This document shows, piece by piece, positions 1 to 13,324 of a stretch of 64,000 bases of DNA (position 1 is its first letter; the number at the start of each line of letters is the position of its first letter). Made by a program: the position numbers and the translations under genes. The stretch covers positions 73,251-137,250 of the forward strand of contig NMRA01000253.1 of the NCBI GenBank assembly GCA_002633005.1. Direction: 5' to 3'. The DNA is from Phoronis australis (lineage: Eukaryota; Animalia; Phoronida). The notes beneath the pieces are model-generated. The model made no database searches, was not told where the DNA came from, and saw only the letters and a list, made by a program, of their open reading frames with translations.

Positions 1-335
1 CACGCAGCAGGCGGTCTATCTGGTGGAATACAGAAATGTTAGTGCCTTCAATGAACCTGCCAAACGCGACAATATTGCTAAGTCTTGCTTATCTGCCCGC
101 TTTGTCGGTAAGCAATACAACAGACGCGATATTCAAGACACGACCTGTGTTGTTCATCTAACCAAAACAGAGCTATAACAATGAGAAAATAACTACAGAA
201 AGAGTTTTTAGGATAACATATTTAATTGACATGTTCATATATCTTACTGGCTGACGTTCAATAAGAGGCGGTATTGGGTCACAAGGTTGTGGGGTGGATC
301 CATGGTCGGTTGACTGAGAGGTCAGCATCCCGAAA
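1..335. repeat. Diverged duplicate of 3883-4220 (exon-like, decayed)
   Basis: cacgcagcag...gaggtcagcatcccgaaaa aligns with 3883-4220, with substitutions and small indels. Splice-like signals are present on the minus strand, but no reading frame is preserved in both copies. Confidence 0.7.
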
Positions 336-2722
336 ATTGCGAAACGAGGTCTAAAATTTTGAGAGGAGATGTTACCAAATGGATTATATAAAAAACCGCG
401 TTAGAAAGTATTTTCAAGACCCGACGTTTGGGCACCCACTTATCACATAGCTTTAAACAAACTGTCTCTTTATTAACGGACGAACAATTTTGAAGTCGCT
501 AACTCAAATTATACCATCCCTTTTGAACGACATTTTTTTGAAATATAGAAATATTTCATGAATCTGGGAGATCTTGTTTTTCTTTTCTCGCGCAATAATT
601 TTTTCTAGGTCAAGAACCATGTGAGACTATGGCATATGTGCGTAACGGAGCCAGGCAGTTGGGTTGTTTGTGTGGTGACTAAATGAGAATGCCTGAAAGT
701 AGACCCATTGATGTGCCGTTATCTGAAATATGTAAAGAGATCCAATCTTGTAACTCGAGAGATCTTCTGTGCAGCACAACTACACGATTGACTCTTTCTC
801 CGCAATAAGTTTTCATCTAGAGGGACCAAGTGAAAATATAGCATGCAAAATTTCACGGAGGTATTCTTGATACGCGTTCAGCTCTATGTCATTATCCGAA
901 ACAGAAAGACGAAACGAGTGGTTCTAAATTGATAAGGCGCTAGCAAATATTATAAGAGGTTACTGACCAAAGCACTTTCACTCCTTAAAGGGATTGCCGT
1001 GTCAAAATATAGTATCAATCGAAAGCTTATAATTCATCCCGAGAGATTTTTGAAGAGTCACTTTCTAGGGTAGTTATTTTCGAGTATAGTCTATAATCTT
1101 CTCACGAAAACCAGCCATGATAAGCAGTCGCATTCGAAGTTTCACTGAGTTACGCTCTTGACTCTGAACGCTATATACACTTACGTGATGCTATAATCTA
1201 ATGCATGAAATTAGTAAAACGATTACAAAAGCCGTAACTGAAACCATGTAAAATATAAGATATGCGTGAGAAGTGTTTTATGGGATGAATTAGCCAGATA
1301 CAGTATCTAGCTCATTGGTGAGATCAAGCCGTGGACATAAAAACAGAACTGTCACTAGGAGGCGCCAGAATTGTCTTCACTCCAGTGGGAGCTTACACCA
1401 TTTCGGTAGAAAAAACGCGAAAAAATGTAATACGGTAATACAAAACAATTTACCAGTTTTTATATACGCCAAGGAACTACAGAGATACAGAGGCAAAATT
1501 AAATATGCTTTAAGAATGCACAGCGGTAGTCAAAGCGGTTGCGTGTATTACAAATTAATGTATGAGCCTATGCAGGAGACATTGCGTGGGCTTATAAGCG
1601 ATACTTGAGCAAAGGAGCCAATAGGCGAGCCACTCCCAAAAATGAAAATATTTCACATATAAGCCTTTTCACACAAAGGCGCAGTAATAAAGAGTTTTCC
1701 CATTCAAGATAGAAAGCAAATGAGACAAAATATGGTAAAATGTCACCTACATCGAATTGCTAAAATTGATATTTGTTCATTTTTCAAAGTCTGCATTATT
1801 AAACATTTCGTAGACCTTAAAAATGGAAAGCACCTATTTGGTGCATACATATAAGAAAAAATGGAAAATAAAAAGTAACTCGTCAAACATATTGTCTTTA
1901 AAGTACTTCTCTCATGCGTTGTTAACCATTATTACATGGTTAAAGGATGTTATAAGGATCCAAGAAGTACCTACCCCATAACTAATACACGATCCGTACT
2001 CGAAAAAAGTTTAAATGAACGCGCCACTCACGATTCGCACCCGAAGAACCACCGCCATTTTGAACTTGCCGCGAACCCGGAAGTACAATTCATTCAGGAA
2101 CCCAGGCCGAGAAAACGGCGTCAGTGCGACTGGAGCAGTGCCTGTACTGTTACCAGCCAGCAAACGGGGATAAAATAATTGACAGTGCGCCTTAATTTTA
2201 ATAAAATCAAACTACGGACAATTTTATCGAATTTGCTGAAGAAATGTGGTGAATAAATTTTGACTGAAATTATTTTGCCAGACTCGGGACCGCAGCCTAT
2301 CGGACCCGGTGCGGATCGAGACCAGACACTGGCGAACGGTAAATGCATGCGGTTGCAAGCTGTTTTGTCGAAGTAAAATGGTCAAATCATAAATGCTGCA
2401 TATATTCGAGGGTAGTTTCAGACTATTGCATGAAATTACGGGCTGGTTAGTCCTGTGTCACACTGCCGCGGCAGACCTTAGTTAGCCTCAGTCACCAGCT
2501 ACCATGAAGACTATCGTAAAATACAGCTTGTTAGTAGGCCTATACAGCTTTGCGCCAAGGCTACCCTTAGGCCTAACTGGTCGCTGGCCACAGCGCTCGC
2601 TCAAACGAGGTTTATTTAGAACTTGGATACTTCTGGCGAACTGTGCAAAGTTGTTGGCTTTCAATAGAGATTTTCCCAGACTTTGTATGAGCGCACCAAG
2701 CCTAAAAGAATGGGGGGGGGGG

Positions 2723-3443
2723 NNNNNNNNNNNNNNNNNNNNNNNNNNNNNNNNNNNNNNNNNNNNNNNNNNNNNNNNNNNNNNNNNNNNNNNNNNNNNN
2801 NNNNNNNNNNNNNNNNNNNNNNNNNNNNNNNNNNNNNNNNNNNNNNNNNNNNNNNNNNNNNNNNNNNNNNNNNNNNNNNNNNNNNNNNNNNNNNNNNNNN
2901 NNNNNNNNNNNNNNNNNNNNNNNNNNNNNNNNNNNNNNNNNNNNNNNNNNNNNNNNNNNNNNNNNNNNNNNNNNNNNNNNNNNNNNNNNNNNNNNNNNNN
3001 NNNNNNNNNNNNNNNNNNNNNNNNNNNNNNNNNNNNNNNNNNNNNNNNNNNNNNNNNNNNNNNNNNNNNNNNNNNNNNNNNNNNNNNNNNNNNNNNNNNN
3101 NNNNNNNNNNNNNNNNNNNNNNNNNNNNNNNNNNNNNNNNNNNNNNNNNNNNNNNNNNNNNNNNNNNNNNNNNNNNNNNNNNNNNNNNNNNNNNNNNNNN
3201 NNNNNNNNNNNNNNNNNNNNNNNNNNNNNNNNNNNNNNNNNNNNNNNNNNNNNNNNNNNNNNNNNNNNNNNNNNNNNNNNNNNNNNNNNNNNNNNNNNNN
3301 NNNNNNNNNNNNNNNNNNNNNNNNNNNNNNNNNNNNNNNNNNNNNNNNNNNNNNNNNNNNNNNNNNNNNNNNNNNNNNNNNNNNNNNNNNNNNNNNNNNN
3401 NNNNNNNNNNNNNNNNNNNNNNNNNNNNNNNNNNNNNNNNNNN
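2723..3443. other. Assembly gap (N run)
   Basis: Run of N. Confidence 1.
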
Positions 3444-3882
3444 TTCAGGACAAGTTCCTGAACTGATGAGCCGGAAATGTGGGTACGGAAATAACCGATG
3501 ACAACCGGTAATCATACGCTCAGAGAGAAGGGTCAAATACTGTTCAAAAATCGCTTTTGGCAAGAAAGGCGAAAAGAATATAAAGAAAGGGTGTAGAAAA
3601 TAAGATTTTATGTAGTAAGTATTTTCGGATACTGGAACCACATGGGCAGTTTGAGAGAAGACTTTAATTGGTGAGCTTTTACAGCGTTCTCAATGGAAAA
3701 TTCAAATCAAAAACCTACAATGGTCACTTGTAGGCATCGCTCATGAAACAGTGGTGTGAGTCTCTTCTTTGTCCCATACGTCGCCAAGCAGGTGGTGAAT
3801 ACATGTAGGTCTTGGGCTCTCTAGGTCGACGGTTTAAAGATGGCGAACGATACAGTGCCAGCGTAGGTCGAAAGGTCAAATA

Positions 3883-4220
3883 CACGCAGCAGGTGGTCTA
3901 GCTGGCGGAATACAGAAATGTTAGTGCCTTGAATGAACCGGCCAAATGCGCCAATATTGCTAAGAATCTTGCTTATCTGCAAGCGTTGTCGGTAAACAAT
4001 ACCACAAATGCGACATTCAAGGTAAGACTTGAGTTGTTCATCTAACCAATACAAAGTTAAAAAAATGAGAAAATAATTACAGAAACAGCTATTAGGACAA
4101 TATGTTTAATTGACATGTTCATATATCTTACTGGCTGACGTTCAATAATAGGCGGTATTGGGTCACAAGGTGGTGGAGGTGTGTTCATGGTCGGTTGACT
4201 GAGAGGTCAGCATCCCGAAA
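3883..4220. repeat. Second copy of the 1-335 segment
   Basis: Direct alignment with 1-335. Confidence 0.7.
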
Positions 4221-6719
4221 ACAACCTACAGAGAATAAATAGAATTCATCCATTAACTTTAAATTCACAATGAGATACATTCAGCAATTTTTCTCACATG
4301 TCGTAATTTTAAGGATGAAAATATTAAAACAATGATCAAATCCATTACCGACGTTGCATTTCAGTTAGTATGGATATTACAAGGTTGACGATAAAATACA
4401 TGCACGAACAAAAGTCTGATATTTGCTTGATCAGTCATGGAATTTCTTTTCAACACTGATAACTGCTAAGTGATATAAAATCACCATTGACGATAAACCT
4501 AGTGCTAAAAAACACCCGTATATTGCACGGGTTTTTGATATCTAATTATCTGTTAAAAACGACCACTTACCGCTTTAACAATAGACGCAAGAATTTCGCT
4601 AGTATTTAGCACGTGTGGTCACGGGTTTCATTTCCAATGCATGGCGATAACCCAGTCGCGAAATTTTGCGTCTAGGGAGATTCTTGCAATTGTGGAATGC
4701 TGCCCCGTTCCCAACTCGGTTACCAAAGTTACAAGTGATTTCTGGATGGTGAGAAGGGATTGACGAGGCGTTCAGTTCAATAGCTGTCTCTCAGAGAGAA
4801 TATCTAGTCAAAGTCACGTTGCTTTCATAGAAAAAAAACGTCAAAATCTTGCATAATCTCGCGAAGTCTTGCTATTTAGCGAGGTCCTTAGCGTTTCATC
4901 TACCCAGGATTTTTTCTCTACGGAAGGAATCATCAGACTAAACGTGGCGTACATAGTTGAGGAATAATGTTATTTCCCTGCCCGAGCACTTATGGGTTTT
5001 TGTGACGTGTGCATGGCGTCGTGATGAGTTTTATGTACAATTGCATTAATGTAACAGTTGGACGAATAGAAATAACATTGTACAACTATAACTATAGTTC
5101 AGTGTAGGCTTAGAAATACAGACTTATCATGTAAAGTGTTACCGTTACAGGGAGGTTCCCACTGTGGTATAGGAATACATGTACATGTAGCTGGTAATAT
5201 CTGTACTCTTGTATCTCTGTATTACGTATGCAGTTGTTACGGTTATGCGTACATCCACAATGCACATGGACATGGATACAATACAGTTGTATATGTGTTT
5301 AAATGAATGGGTTTATATTTGTTTACACACGTTGTTGAATATGTATTTTATTTACACGTATGTAAGTGTTAAATTTCCTACATTGCCAATAATTAGAAGC
5401 TTAACTGGCAGAATAGAAAAGTATTACTTTAGATCTTGTACACGCAGTTCAAGTACGATAAATATGTATTCTTATAATCATAGTTAATCTCTTCATATTG
5501 TTATTTTGGCTAAAATTAGAATTGATAACTCGTTGCCTAAACAGGCGCGGATCCAAAAGTCCGAACTCCTCTTTGCTTGATGATGGAATCTTGATCACCC
5601 CCTGTGTTCGTCTATCGTTAGACCCAGGGATGGACAAAATCCTTGATCTGCGTGAAGCCAACTACACACAGAGGTGCGGAGTTAGGTCTAAAGGAATAGC
5701 TTTAATATTTGTCTTTGCATTTCTGTATAATGTACATATGTGTAGTTGTAAGTTTTACGTGCGTATCATCAATGCATATTACGAACCTTGTCCAACACTC
5801 TATACACAGTAGGTGTTGTGCGTGTGAATGTTCGTTCTTGTATCGTCACGTATGAGTTAACACGCTCGTATTTCCAACAGTTACATACATGACTTATAAC
5901 TTGTATACGTAGTTCGAATACAACTATAGACAGTCAGTTGCGCCACAGTGTCACCTTGGCCAATTGTGAGAATTGGTAAATGGTTGCCTATGCAAGCGCG
6001 AATCCAGAAATCGGACTCTCCTGTTCGGTCACTTAACATTGCTGTAACGGTGGAATCTCAAACATCCAAATGTTCGTCCATAGAATTTCCACCCCGTCTC
6101 TGAACAAGATGCTGGACCCGATATAGAGTAACTTCACACCCATATGGGAATTTAAAAAGACGGAACGGATACATGGTCCTGCCAGAACTCTCTTCTCATG
6201 CTCTCACTGTGAAAATGAATATGTGTTCCTACTTCAAAGAGGACTGGTGACTGAATTTCTTACGGTTACGGTTAAGCTACTCAGTCACACTCGCTAGCTG
6301 TTGTTTTTTTTTTCTCGTTCGCGGTTCGTTCCTTTGAGTTCTTGCTAGATTTTTGTTAAACTTGACTTGTGCATTTTAGGAACTTAAACGTGACATACAT
6401 GTATATATGACAGTTACAATAAAGTTTACACTGTACGTGTATGTCATTGCAGGCATGCTTGCGCATGTTTTAGTCCTCGATGTAATGTGAAATTTTTAAA
6501 AAGTATATAATACATGTGTTTTGTATTTCCGTGATATTACAAAATTTGCTATGTTTGTTAAATTAAAAATGGCAAAGAGGACAGTATTAGATCTGGCATG
6601 TTCCTTGCCACAGGAGAGCCATATCTTTACAGTATTCAGAAATTCTGTTAAACAGAGAACTTAGGTTCGATTACGCGCTTACTTCGTCTCGTATCAAAAA
6701 CTCATTCGACGACAATGTC

Positions 6720-7340
6720 CTTTTTAAAATGTCGTGACGTAAGAAGTGATGGTTTGTGGAAGCAACGGTAAGAGTGACAATGGGCGACTTGAAATTCACT
6801 AGGATGCACTTGTGTAACAAGTATCCTAGCCGTAGAACTGCTTTCATTTTAGTGTCCGTTACGTATACACAAAACTCTTGCGAGAAACGTTAGCGGGATA
6901 ACGTGGTTCACTTGCAATACATGTCGATATCATGCGCAATCGCGCGTGACCTTGTTTCCAGGGAACTAAACCCAGGTAGTTACATGTTGCCCTATAAGGA
7001 TGAACTACTCTCTGCTCTCATTTTATTTAGATGTTAAAAAGACATAATATTCTTCAACAATCATGAGCGTCACCTAGCGACTTGCAGTGATTGAATTCCA
7101 ACCGTCCAGCCAAGAAAATTTTGCAGGTATCCTTGGATTTTTTTGAAGTTCTTTCACTGACAGGAACCGAGTATGCCAAAAGGGAAAAATAACAGAATTT
7201 GCCGTACCAAGAGCGATGGCTTGTTGATGTTCCAGTTTTGTGAATAGTTGAGTATTTCGATAAGGGGTTGAATAATTTTTATTTCTAATTTTGCGAAAAC
7301 ATTCAAAATCCCCGACACACGGGCAGAGCTGCAGAAGAGG
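6720..7340. repeat. Diverged duplicate of the upstream region (8255-8660) of the 7714-8007 gene
   Basis: Shared blocks: tttaaaatgtc(g/a)tga(c/t)gtaagaa; gcagtga(t/c)tgaattc...aaaattttgcag...ccttggatttttg; aacagaatttgccgt; aaacattcaaaatcc; ggcagagctgcag. Confidence 0.65.
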
Positions 7341-7644
7341 CCTGAAGGCTGTATATGTAATGACACAAGAGAAAACACATTGGTTCCTTAGAATTTAATG
7401 TTTGCAGATACTGAGAAATTAACTGCAGCTTGTAAGAAAATGATTTTGTTAAGAAGACGCTGTTACCATATCGCCTGTCCGAGATAAATATGTTCCGACA
7501 TTAATTTGTATTTGTTCGTGTGAAACACAACTATTTAATTTTCATGAACATAATCTTTTTTGATTCTGGTTTTTGTAAATTACTGTTTTGTTTACAATTA
7601 CCATACATATACTGGTTGTTAAAAGTGATTAACATTCTCTTAAA

Positions 7645-7694
7645 AAGTGAACAGTTCTTTTTGGAAGATATGGGTAGCCCTTAAAAGGGCTGTT
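7645..7694 (-). terminator. Histone-type 3' processing cassette (stem-loop + HDE), copy 1
   Basis: Minus strand reads AACAGCCCTTTTAAGGGCTACCCA-tatcttc-CAAAAAGAACTGTTCACTT, starting 19 nt after the ORF stop. 6-bp stem, 4-nt loop, then ACCCA. Confidence 0.8.
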
Positions 7695-7713
7695 GGGTTT
7701 TGTGAAGTGGAAA

Positions 7714-8007
7714 TTAATGTTCCACGGACGGTAACAGATAGTCACTGCCAAAAGCCTGTCGTCGTAGGTCAAGAACTCGGTCTGTTTGTTCCAGCGCGTA
7801 TTCGTAATACAGGGAACGCAGACGTTCGGTGGTATCAAGACGCATACGAAGCTGATAACCGAGAGGCAGGAAATCGTTCTTTACAGCCCTCTGGCGGCGA
7901 ATATTCATCTGAATAATTTCTCTGTCTAGCAGTTTCACTTGAGTACAGGCTCTTTGAAATTTCTCCTGTTCCTGGTGGATTTGAGCATGAAGTGCAGACT
8001 TCTCCAT
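7714..8007 (-). CDS. Uncharacterised 97-aa helical/coiled-coil protein, family copy 1 (most diverged)
   Basis: Intact intronless ATG-TAA ORF. Ungapped alignment to the other copies (QVxxLDRE, IRxxRA, TxxLR, Y70); 35/87 identities to the 44411 copy by manual count. TATA box upstream, stem-loop downstream. Confidence 0.8.
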   Translation of the reverse strand: MEKSALHAQIHQEQEKFQRACTQVKLLDREIIQMNIRRQRAVKNDFLPLGYQLRMRLDTTERLRSLYYEYALEQTDRVLDLRRQAFGSDYLLPSVEH

Positions 8008-8052
8008 CTTGATGTCTATATCTACTATGACCCAAACAGCTCTGGCTTCCGC

Positions 8053-8091
8053 TATTTATACCGTACGCGGTGCGGTGACACGACACGTGAC
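8053..8091 (-). promoter_or_regulatory. TATA box (TATAAATA, 8053-8060) and GTCACGTG E-box (8084-8091) upstream of family copy 1
   Basis: TATA lies ~45 nt upstream of the ATG. The same E-box occurs upstream of the other copies. Confidence 0.5.
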
Positions 8092-9957
8092 AGATCGATA
8101 TCCGTGATAGGTGTGAACAACACCGGTTACCGTGTGGCGGTGTCACAATTATCGCCTGCTGAGTGTACTATTTCATTGTCATAGTGTAATTTCAACACAG
8201 CAGGAACTGACAATGTCCCGCCAACGAAGATATTTTTCACGTTGGCGTTTCCTTACTTTAAAATGTCATGATGTAAGAAAAGACATCTAGTTTGTGACAA
8301 TGCGTTTCAGCGAGTATACTCTTTTTATTTCTACGAAGTGGCTATAATCCGACGTTCTGACCAAGACAAAGCGAACTCAATAACAGACACGAGCATCATC
8401 TAGTGAAGAGCAGTGACTGAATTCTAACTGACCAGGCAACAAAATTTTGCAGATCCCTTGGATTTTTGAAATACGTTTATTGAACAGAATTGAGTACACC
8501 TGGCAAACACAAAAACAACAGAATTTGCCGTTCAATTAAGGAGTGTTGGCTTGTTGAACGTCTGGTTTTGTGAATGCTTAAATTTTTACAAGGTGTAGAT
8601 CGATTCTAGTTTCTTATTTTACGGAAACATTCAAAATCCTGGCAGAGCTGCAGGAAAGCCGTGGAGTCAATAGCAGGATTTGCATGACACATTCGATGCA
8701 CTGGAACTTTAGAATAGACTTTTGCAGTTTCTACAAAATTAACTACAGCTCCTAATAAAATGATTTGGTTGAGGTGACGCTGTTGCAAGTGTGTCTGTTC
8801 GAAACATATACCTGCATGATGTGTCTTGAATCTGTATTTGTCCCGTGAAACACAATGTTTTAATTATATTTCAAGTCGTTTACTCTAGCGGGCTAAAGCT
8901 TGACAGATATGGTGTTACCTCATGGGCAGAACGCAGCAAACTCTACATGTATGGTATTACCCTAGGTCATTCTAGAAACATAATGTCTTCTGTAATCTGT
9001 ATTATGTCTGAAAGCGCATCTAATTTGGGGGCAATGTTAGAGGGTAAATTTTTGACAAACCAGGCAGTCATTACTTGTTCAGGTGACTATCATTTATTTC
9101 CGTTCTTTCGTATGAACATCATTCACAAGAAGAACATTGGACGTTGAGTGGTACTTCGCCTGCATTCTGTCGCCGACCATTTTGTGTCTGTATGCGTATT
9201 TATCTTAAATCCGTATGTCTAAGAAATTTACAGAAATGGGATTATTCGGAAAATTTATATTCACTAGAGGGAGCGCGTGTACTAGTGGTGATAGATTAAC
9301 AGCCTCGATTTCGCGAGCTCTTTAAATACATGGTGAAATGGCTTGTAGCCGTGCCAACTTAACCTGAGATTGCGTGAAAAGGGTGCTTCTATGAGATGAA
9401 GTAAGCACGACCTTATACAAAGGTAAGGTTTGTGATTATTTTAACGATTATTCAACTGATGCCTGTTAATTGAGGTACTCGCTGATGTCGACTTCGCGGG
9501 AGGGAGGGAGAGACTGATATCATGGTGGTCCTGTCGGCGGAAGATTGTTTGGGTCTATATTAAGTTTCACAGTATTACAAAGACAAATAAGTCAAATTTC
9601 CTGCATGGAGTGATATTGTTGGTATTCATAAACCTGTCGGCTGCTTCAGCAGTTAATTTTCCCGTAATGGGGTATACACATGTAAAAGTATTTTTGAGGG
9701 ACAATATTGCTCCTTGCTTAATTTTAAATGCTGGGGCGCATTGTTATCGCGTCGAAGTGGGTGTCCGAGATTTGCGCAAATCTGGCACACAGGAAATCTT
9801 AAGCAGGGGCTTCCATCGAAACAGGAAATCTTGCGTAAAACAGATATCCCGAAGTCGAAAACCAACTCCCACGCCTTCAAGACAACTTATTCGCTACACC
9901 CACTCCTACGGCGCCTAAGCAAAGTCTTAACACACCAAAAACTCTAAACTCTGAACA

Positions 9958-10180
9958 TTATCCTGGGATGAAATCTTTTACACTGTGCTGTGCACGGAAA
10001 CTATTCTCACACGTACAAACCAATTCCTCATAGTTGAAGTAGTCGTCTCCAAACGCCTTTCAACGAAGGTCAGGAACTTGGTCTGTTTTTTCCACCGTGT
10101 ATTCGTAATGCCGGGAACGCAGACGTTCGAAGGAATACAGACTTCTATCCAGCTGATACCTGAGAGACTCCATGCGCCGC
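9958..10180 (-). pseudogene. 5'-truncated pseudogene of the helical family
   Basis: Manual translation MESLRYQLDRSLYSFERLRSRHYEYTVEKTDQVPDLR*KAFGDDY aligns with copy 1 LGYQLRMRLDTTERLRSLYYEYALEQTDRVLDLRRQAFGSDY. In-frame TGA; no stem-loop downstream. Confidence 0.75.
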
Positions 10181-10559
10181 ACTCCGGGAATGGGGACGTG
10201 GGGGGGGGGCTCCATTTGGTGTAGTGGGTCTGTCCGAGAAACAAAAAGTCCAAGAAAATGCTACAGCAGTCCACAGGAATTTGAATGCACAATTCATAGG
10301 GCTGAACGGAAATCTGTTGTTTGTGTGGAAAATTAACACTTTCATGGCAAAATTGAAAGCCCTTTTGTTACAACTTCGAAGTCGAATTGTTCATTTCTTT
10401 AAAACACAGAACTATAAACGATGAATTACCAATGCATATTGTCGTTCGTAGTCACTTGCTTCTAAAAAACCTGCAGTTATTAAAAGTGACGAAGAAAAAT
10501 GCGAATATTCCTGATGACGTGTGAAAACAAGTCTTGTGTGTACATGTACATATAACTAG

Positions 10560-10722
10560 AATACTGAAGATGCATTTTCATGTAAGTCAGTTTCTCGGTC
10601 GCGGTAGTGCCTATAATTTGTGGATATCCGGATAAAGTTACTCGAACAGGGTTGCCAACAACATTCATTTCAGGTTTAGAAATGCCCATATATGTTATTT
10701 TCTCAACACCTTGATCGTCAAA
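10560..10722 (-). pseudogene. Inverted, truncated paralog of exon 1 of the proline-racemase-family gene
   Basis: Minus strand encodes (F)DDQGVEKITYMGISKPEMNVVGNPVRVTLSGYPQIIGTTATEKLTYMKMHLQY versus MDDQGVEKMSSLCISTTEMHTAGDPVRIIESGFPQIIGTTMAEKVTYVKTHLQY. The start codon is lost and homology stops at ~10560. Confidence 0.85.
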
Positions 10723-10828
10723 TTTGAACCCGACCTGTGATAAGTGGTTTGTTATCTGGTGCCCAGGGTATTACGCAAATGTTCCCCAGGTCAAAGATAA
10801 ACGTAAAGTCCAGACACCAGTTTAAAGG

Positions 10829-11312
10829 ATGGACGACCAAGGTGTTGAAAAAATGTCATCTCTGTGCATTTCTACAACTGAAATGCATACTGCTGGTGAC
10901 CCTGTTCGAATAATTGAATCGGGATTTCCGCAAATTATCGGCACTACCATGGCGGAGAAAGTGACGTACGTGAAGACACACCTTCAGTATTTGCGCAAGT
11001 TTTTAACGAACGAGCCTAGAGGCCATCGGGATATGGTCGGCTTCATTTTGGTGGAACCTGAAAAGGATTCAGGTGCCTCCATTGGCGTTATCTATTTCGA
11101 TTCATCCGTTTTTCTCGATATGTGTGGGCACATGACAATTGCGCTATGTCGTTACGCCATCGATAAAGGTCTTGTACCAGCCGTATCCCCACGGACAACG
11201 TTCAAAATCCAAGCACCCTGCGGCGTCATCGAAGCTAGTGCAGTCGTTTCACCTGATGGAAAAACGGGAGTATCCAGCTTCATAAGTGTTCCAGCATTTG
11301 TCTGGAAAACTG
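10829..11312 (+). CDS. L3HYPDH: Proline racemase / trans-3-hydroxy-L-proline dehydratase family protein, exon 1 of 4
   Basis: MHTAGDPVRI, EPRGHRDM, MCGH and APCG motifs. Donor G|gtaagt (phase 1). The spliced CDS 10829-11312 + 13172-13324 + 13968-14110 + 15881-16153 is 1053 nt (350 aa). The symbol marks family resemblance, not proven orthology. Confidence 0.9.
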
Positions 11313-12126
11313 GTAAGTGAAACACCATCATGCTATGTTTGTCTGATAGTACATCTTTGGAAAATGAACTCCACCTCGTCAGAAATTTTACTCACGTGAC
11401 ATCATCCAGTGATTTTTATTGTACTGTACAACGTGGCCCAAGTGGGAAGTCTGAATTGCTCGATGATCACAGACTGAATGAAACGTATTTAAGACCAGGA
11501 ATCTTTTCTTTCAAAAACGCTTCTTGATGCTTTGTTCGTAAGTTTATTGTATTAACAAGTTACAAAGCAATGCAACGCTCTAACATAGTAATAGTCTACG
11601 GCGAACAATCTCAAATAGCTCCACGGATGCAAAATGTTCATCTCCTGTGGCATGTTACGTAACGTTTTAATACAGTTTAAAAATTTTTCTCCCGTGCAAG
11701 ACAATTTCCATTCTCAGGCTCCCCTGTGTTGCCAGCATCCCTCACTCCTTGCACACCCCTCAGCTCACTGTTTGGTTCAGTTGTGCATACACAAAATGGA
11801 CGATACACGAGTCACTTTTCGTTAAGTTTTGGGTTCCCTTATTTTACAAATAAAAATTGACCTTACAAAAATTGGTGAATGCTGGTGACAGGACTCGTTC
11901 CCTATCGATATGCCTTGAAGAAAGCGATATTTTTGCCAAAAAAAGTGGAGACAACAAGAAAGGCACAGTGTTGTGAACGACATGAATAAGTTTGTTTCGA
12001 TTCCAAACTTCAGCAAATATATACGTTTATGAATTGGCAGCCGCTAAGTATTTCGATAATTCAAGAAGAAGACAGCATTTTAATTAGTTTACACATAACC
12101 GTAACATAGAAGCAACGATTATATGA

Positions 12127-12129
<3 letters not shown>

Positions 12130-12181
<52 letters not shown>

Positions 12182-12202
12182 TACACATATACACATATAC
12201 AT
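12130..12202. repeat. (TA)n microsatellite in intron 1
   Basis: Visible dinucleotide run. Confidence 0.95.
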
Positions 12203-13171
12203 ATTAGTACATAAACATTTATGTCCGTGAGTGTCGTTGGCTTGGTGTTCTTAACACTGCATCTAGCTTTTCCAATTTCTTGTTTTCGATGGGCCATGAC
12301 TAGGTATTTGTGAAAACAACAGAATGCTCTCAGCATTTTCAGAATTCTTAACCCTCACGGACTAACCTGCTAAAGTACTACACTTTTGTGTACTTGTATG
12401 TAGGCCCCATGCGTTTACATTCGAAATAAAGCGTTGAAAAGTATTCGATTTTTGCATGCAGTTTAGGTGTGTAAACTGAAACTTCACTCGTAGACGGAGA
12501 AAACTCTCGCACTTGTGCGTGCATTATAGGTTATGTATGACTAATGGACAAGATCTGTGTATTTAGTCAAATATCTGTAGAACTATAGAGGTCAAATCAA
12601 TAAAAGTAAACATTTCCTGTAAGAAGGAAGCTTGTAAACTGTCATTTTTGATTTCGTACCAATCTTTCATTGATGCGGTCACGTGACAATGTCCTTTAGT
12701 ATAATTTAGCAAAATAGAGTTGGATTTGCCCCTTCTACTTTATGACATTTGAAAGTTTATTTTCTGAGGTAATACGTAACCTTAAATTAGAGGAGATTTC
12801 TGTATACTGTTTGATCATTCCTTGCATGTTTTACTTAGATTGGTGGTGAAGTGCCCGTCAGCATCTGCTCCAGACTTTCTGTTTCTCATAAGGGCGTACA
12901 CATGTATGCGCCTACATCCCGATATTGGCAACATCATATCATTGCGCATGAGCATAAAATAAGTGCGCACATACATCCCAAATACATTATATACTTAATT
13001 CGTCTTTCATTTGTGCACAGGAGCAGACGTTGAGGTTCCGAATTTGGCGCAATTTACGGGCGACACCACCCAGTGGTTAAAGATAAAACTGCACTAAAAT
13101 ACGTTTGGGCTTAATACGCGTGCTTGCAATACATGCACTGTAAATTGTATTCGTCATTCTTTTGTGCACAG

Positions 13172-13324
13172 GCGTTGACGTAGAGGTTCCGACTTTGGGA
13201 AAAATCACTGTGGACATCAGCTTCGGGGGAGCCTTTTACGCCATCTTGCCTGCATCCCATATTGGTCTTGACGTCAACACCACCACTATGGAAGACTTGA
13301 CTAACGCCGCCACAGCCATCTCAG
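13172..13324 (+). CDS. L3HYPDH: Proline racemase family protein, exon 2
   Basis: Acceptor tttgtgcacag|; VDVEVPTLGKITVDISFGGAFYAIL; donor G|gtagag; phases match the neighbouring exons. Confidence 0.9.

Noticed and set aside
2504-3641. Long ORFs spanning the first gap (also 50740-51387)
   Set aside because: Artifacts of N runs.
3821-4054. ORF starting YWLDEQL as another helical-family member
   Set aside because: Only LDEQL matches. None of the other conserved motifs or the stem-loop is present, and the paralog at 1-170 is frameshifted.
7671-7694. The hairpin as a bacterial rho-independent terminator or CRISPR repeat
   Set aside because: The context is eukaryotic. There is no U-tract on the coding strand, copies are kilobases apart with no spacer array, and there are no cas genes.
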